From Azolla caroliniana (Eukaryota > Plantae > Polypodiophyta), in contig JBHGNT010000009.1 of the NCBI GenBank assembly GCA_043228905.1, positions 8,990,001 to 9,054,000 on the forward strand: DNA of 64,000 nucleotides, written 5' to 3'. The number at the start of each line of letters is the position of its first letter. Position 1 is the first letter of the stretch. Made by a program: the position numbers and the translations under genes. The notes below the pieces were generated by a model. That model did not search any database. It saw only the letters and a program-made list of their open reading frames with translations, and was not told where the DNA came from. Shown in pieces: positions 63,701 to 64,000 of the stretch.

Positions 63701-64000
63701 CGACAAGAAGGTATTCCGGAGTCGAGATATTATCTTTATGGAGAACAAGACGCTCGCCGACTGGGAGTCGGAGAAGAAGATAATGAACTCCGAGTCGACC
63801 GGTAAGGATCGACTCTACGATGAGCAAACCCAACCGGCAAGAGACCGGTTAGCACTTGAGGGACCAGACGGTTACGGTGAGGACACCGAACGGGCTGAAG
63901 AAGAAGTAGAGGAAGCTGAAACCGGAACCGACCAAGACCCCGAATCGGATTTGGATGAAGAGCAGATGGATGAGCCGGTCACCGAAGCCCAGAGAGAGAA
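60711..64000 (+). mobile_element. Ty1/Copia element C (5' LTR 60711-61568, PBS 61571-61582, gag-pol from ATG 61599, runs off the window)
   Basis: TGTTGGGA...CTACA followed by AG and TGGTATCAGAGC; CFYCGKPGHFQKNC, VDSGAS and integrase ADNGGEY; in-frame stops at 61848, 62514 and 62904. Confidence 0.95.
60783..61106 (+). repeat. Six tandem 54-bp repeats inside the Copia C LTR (U3)
   Basis: Unit GAACCGGATGAGGAGTACCCGGCTACGGAGAGCCGGATGGTGCAGGCCCGGTAT. Confidence 0.95.

Overview
This is eukaryotic, AT-rich land-plant nuclear DNA. The TE types (Tcn1-like chromovirus, tRNA-Trp-primed Gypsy, Ginger-like element, CCGG-rich retroelements) suggest a non-seed plant (moss, liverwort, lycophyte or fern); this is inference only. 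Layout: 1-9 kb is decayed TE DNA (Copia end, inverted LINE, hierarchical minisatellite). 9-33 kb is a gene island with three spliced genes: a plant cysteine oxidase (+, 5 exons), a His-rich UreH/RcnA-like membrane protein (+, 2 exons) and PEX14 (-, many exons), interspersed with hAT and Mutator MITEs that have clear TIRs/TSDs. 33-64 kb is a deeply nested retrotransposon block that includes an intact Copia with identical LTRs. Most notable: (1) a Gypsy element carries a multi-box tRNA-Arg-derived sequence where its polypurine tract should be, suggesting possible tRNA-primed plus-strand synthesis; (2) an integrase fragment between ~120-bp TIRs looks like a Ginger/GingerRoot DNA transposon; (3) the cysteine oxidase itself starts Met-Cys and could be its own oxygen-dependent N-degron substrate; (4) the chromovirus has a Tf1-type self-priming site. 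All calls were made by eye without database searches.
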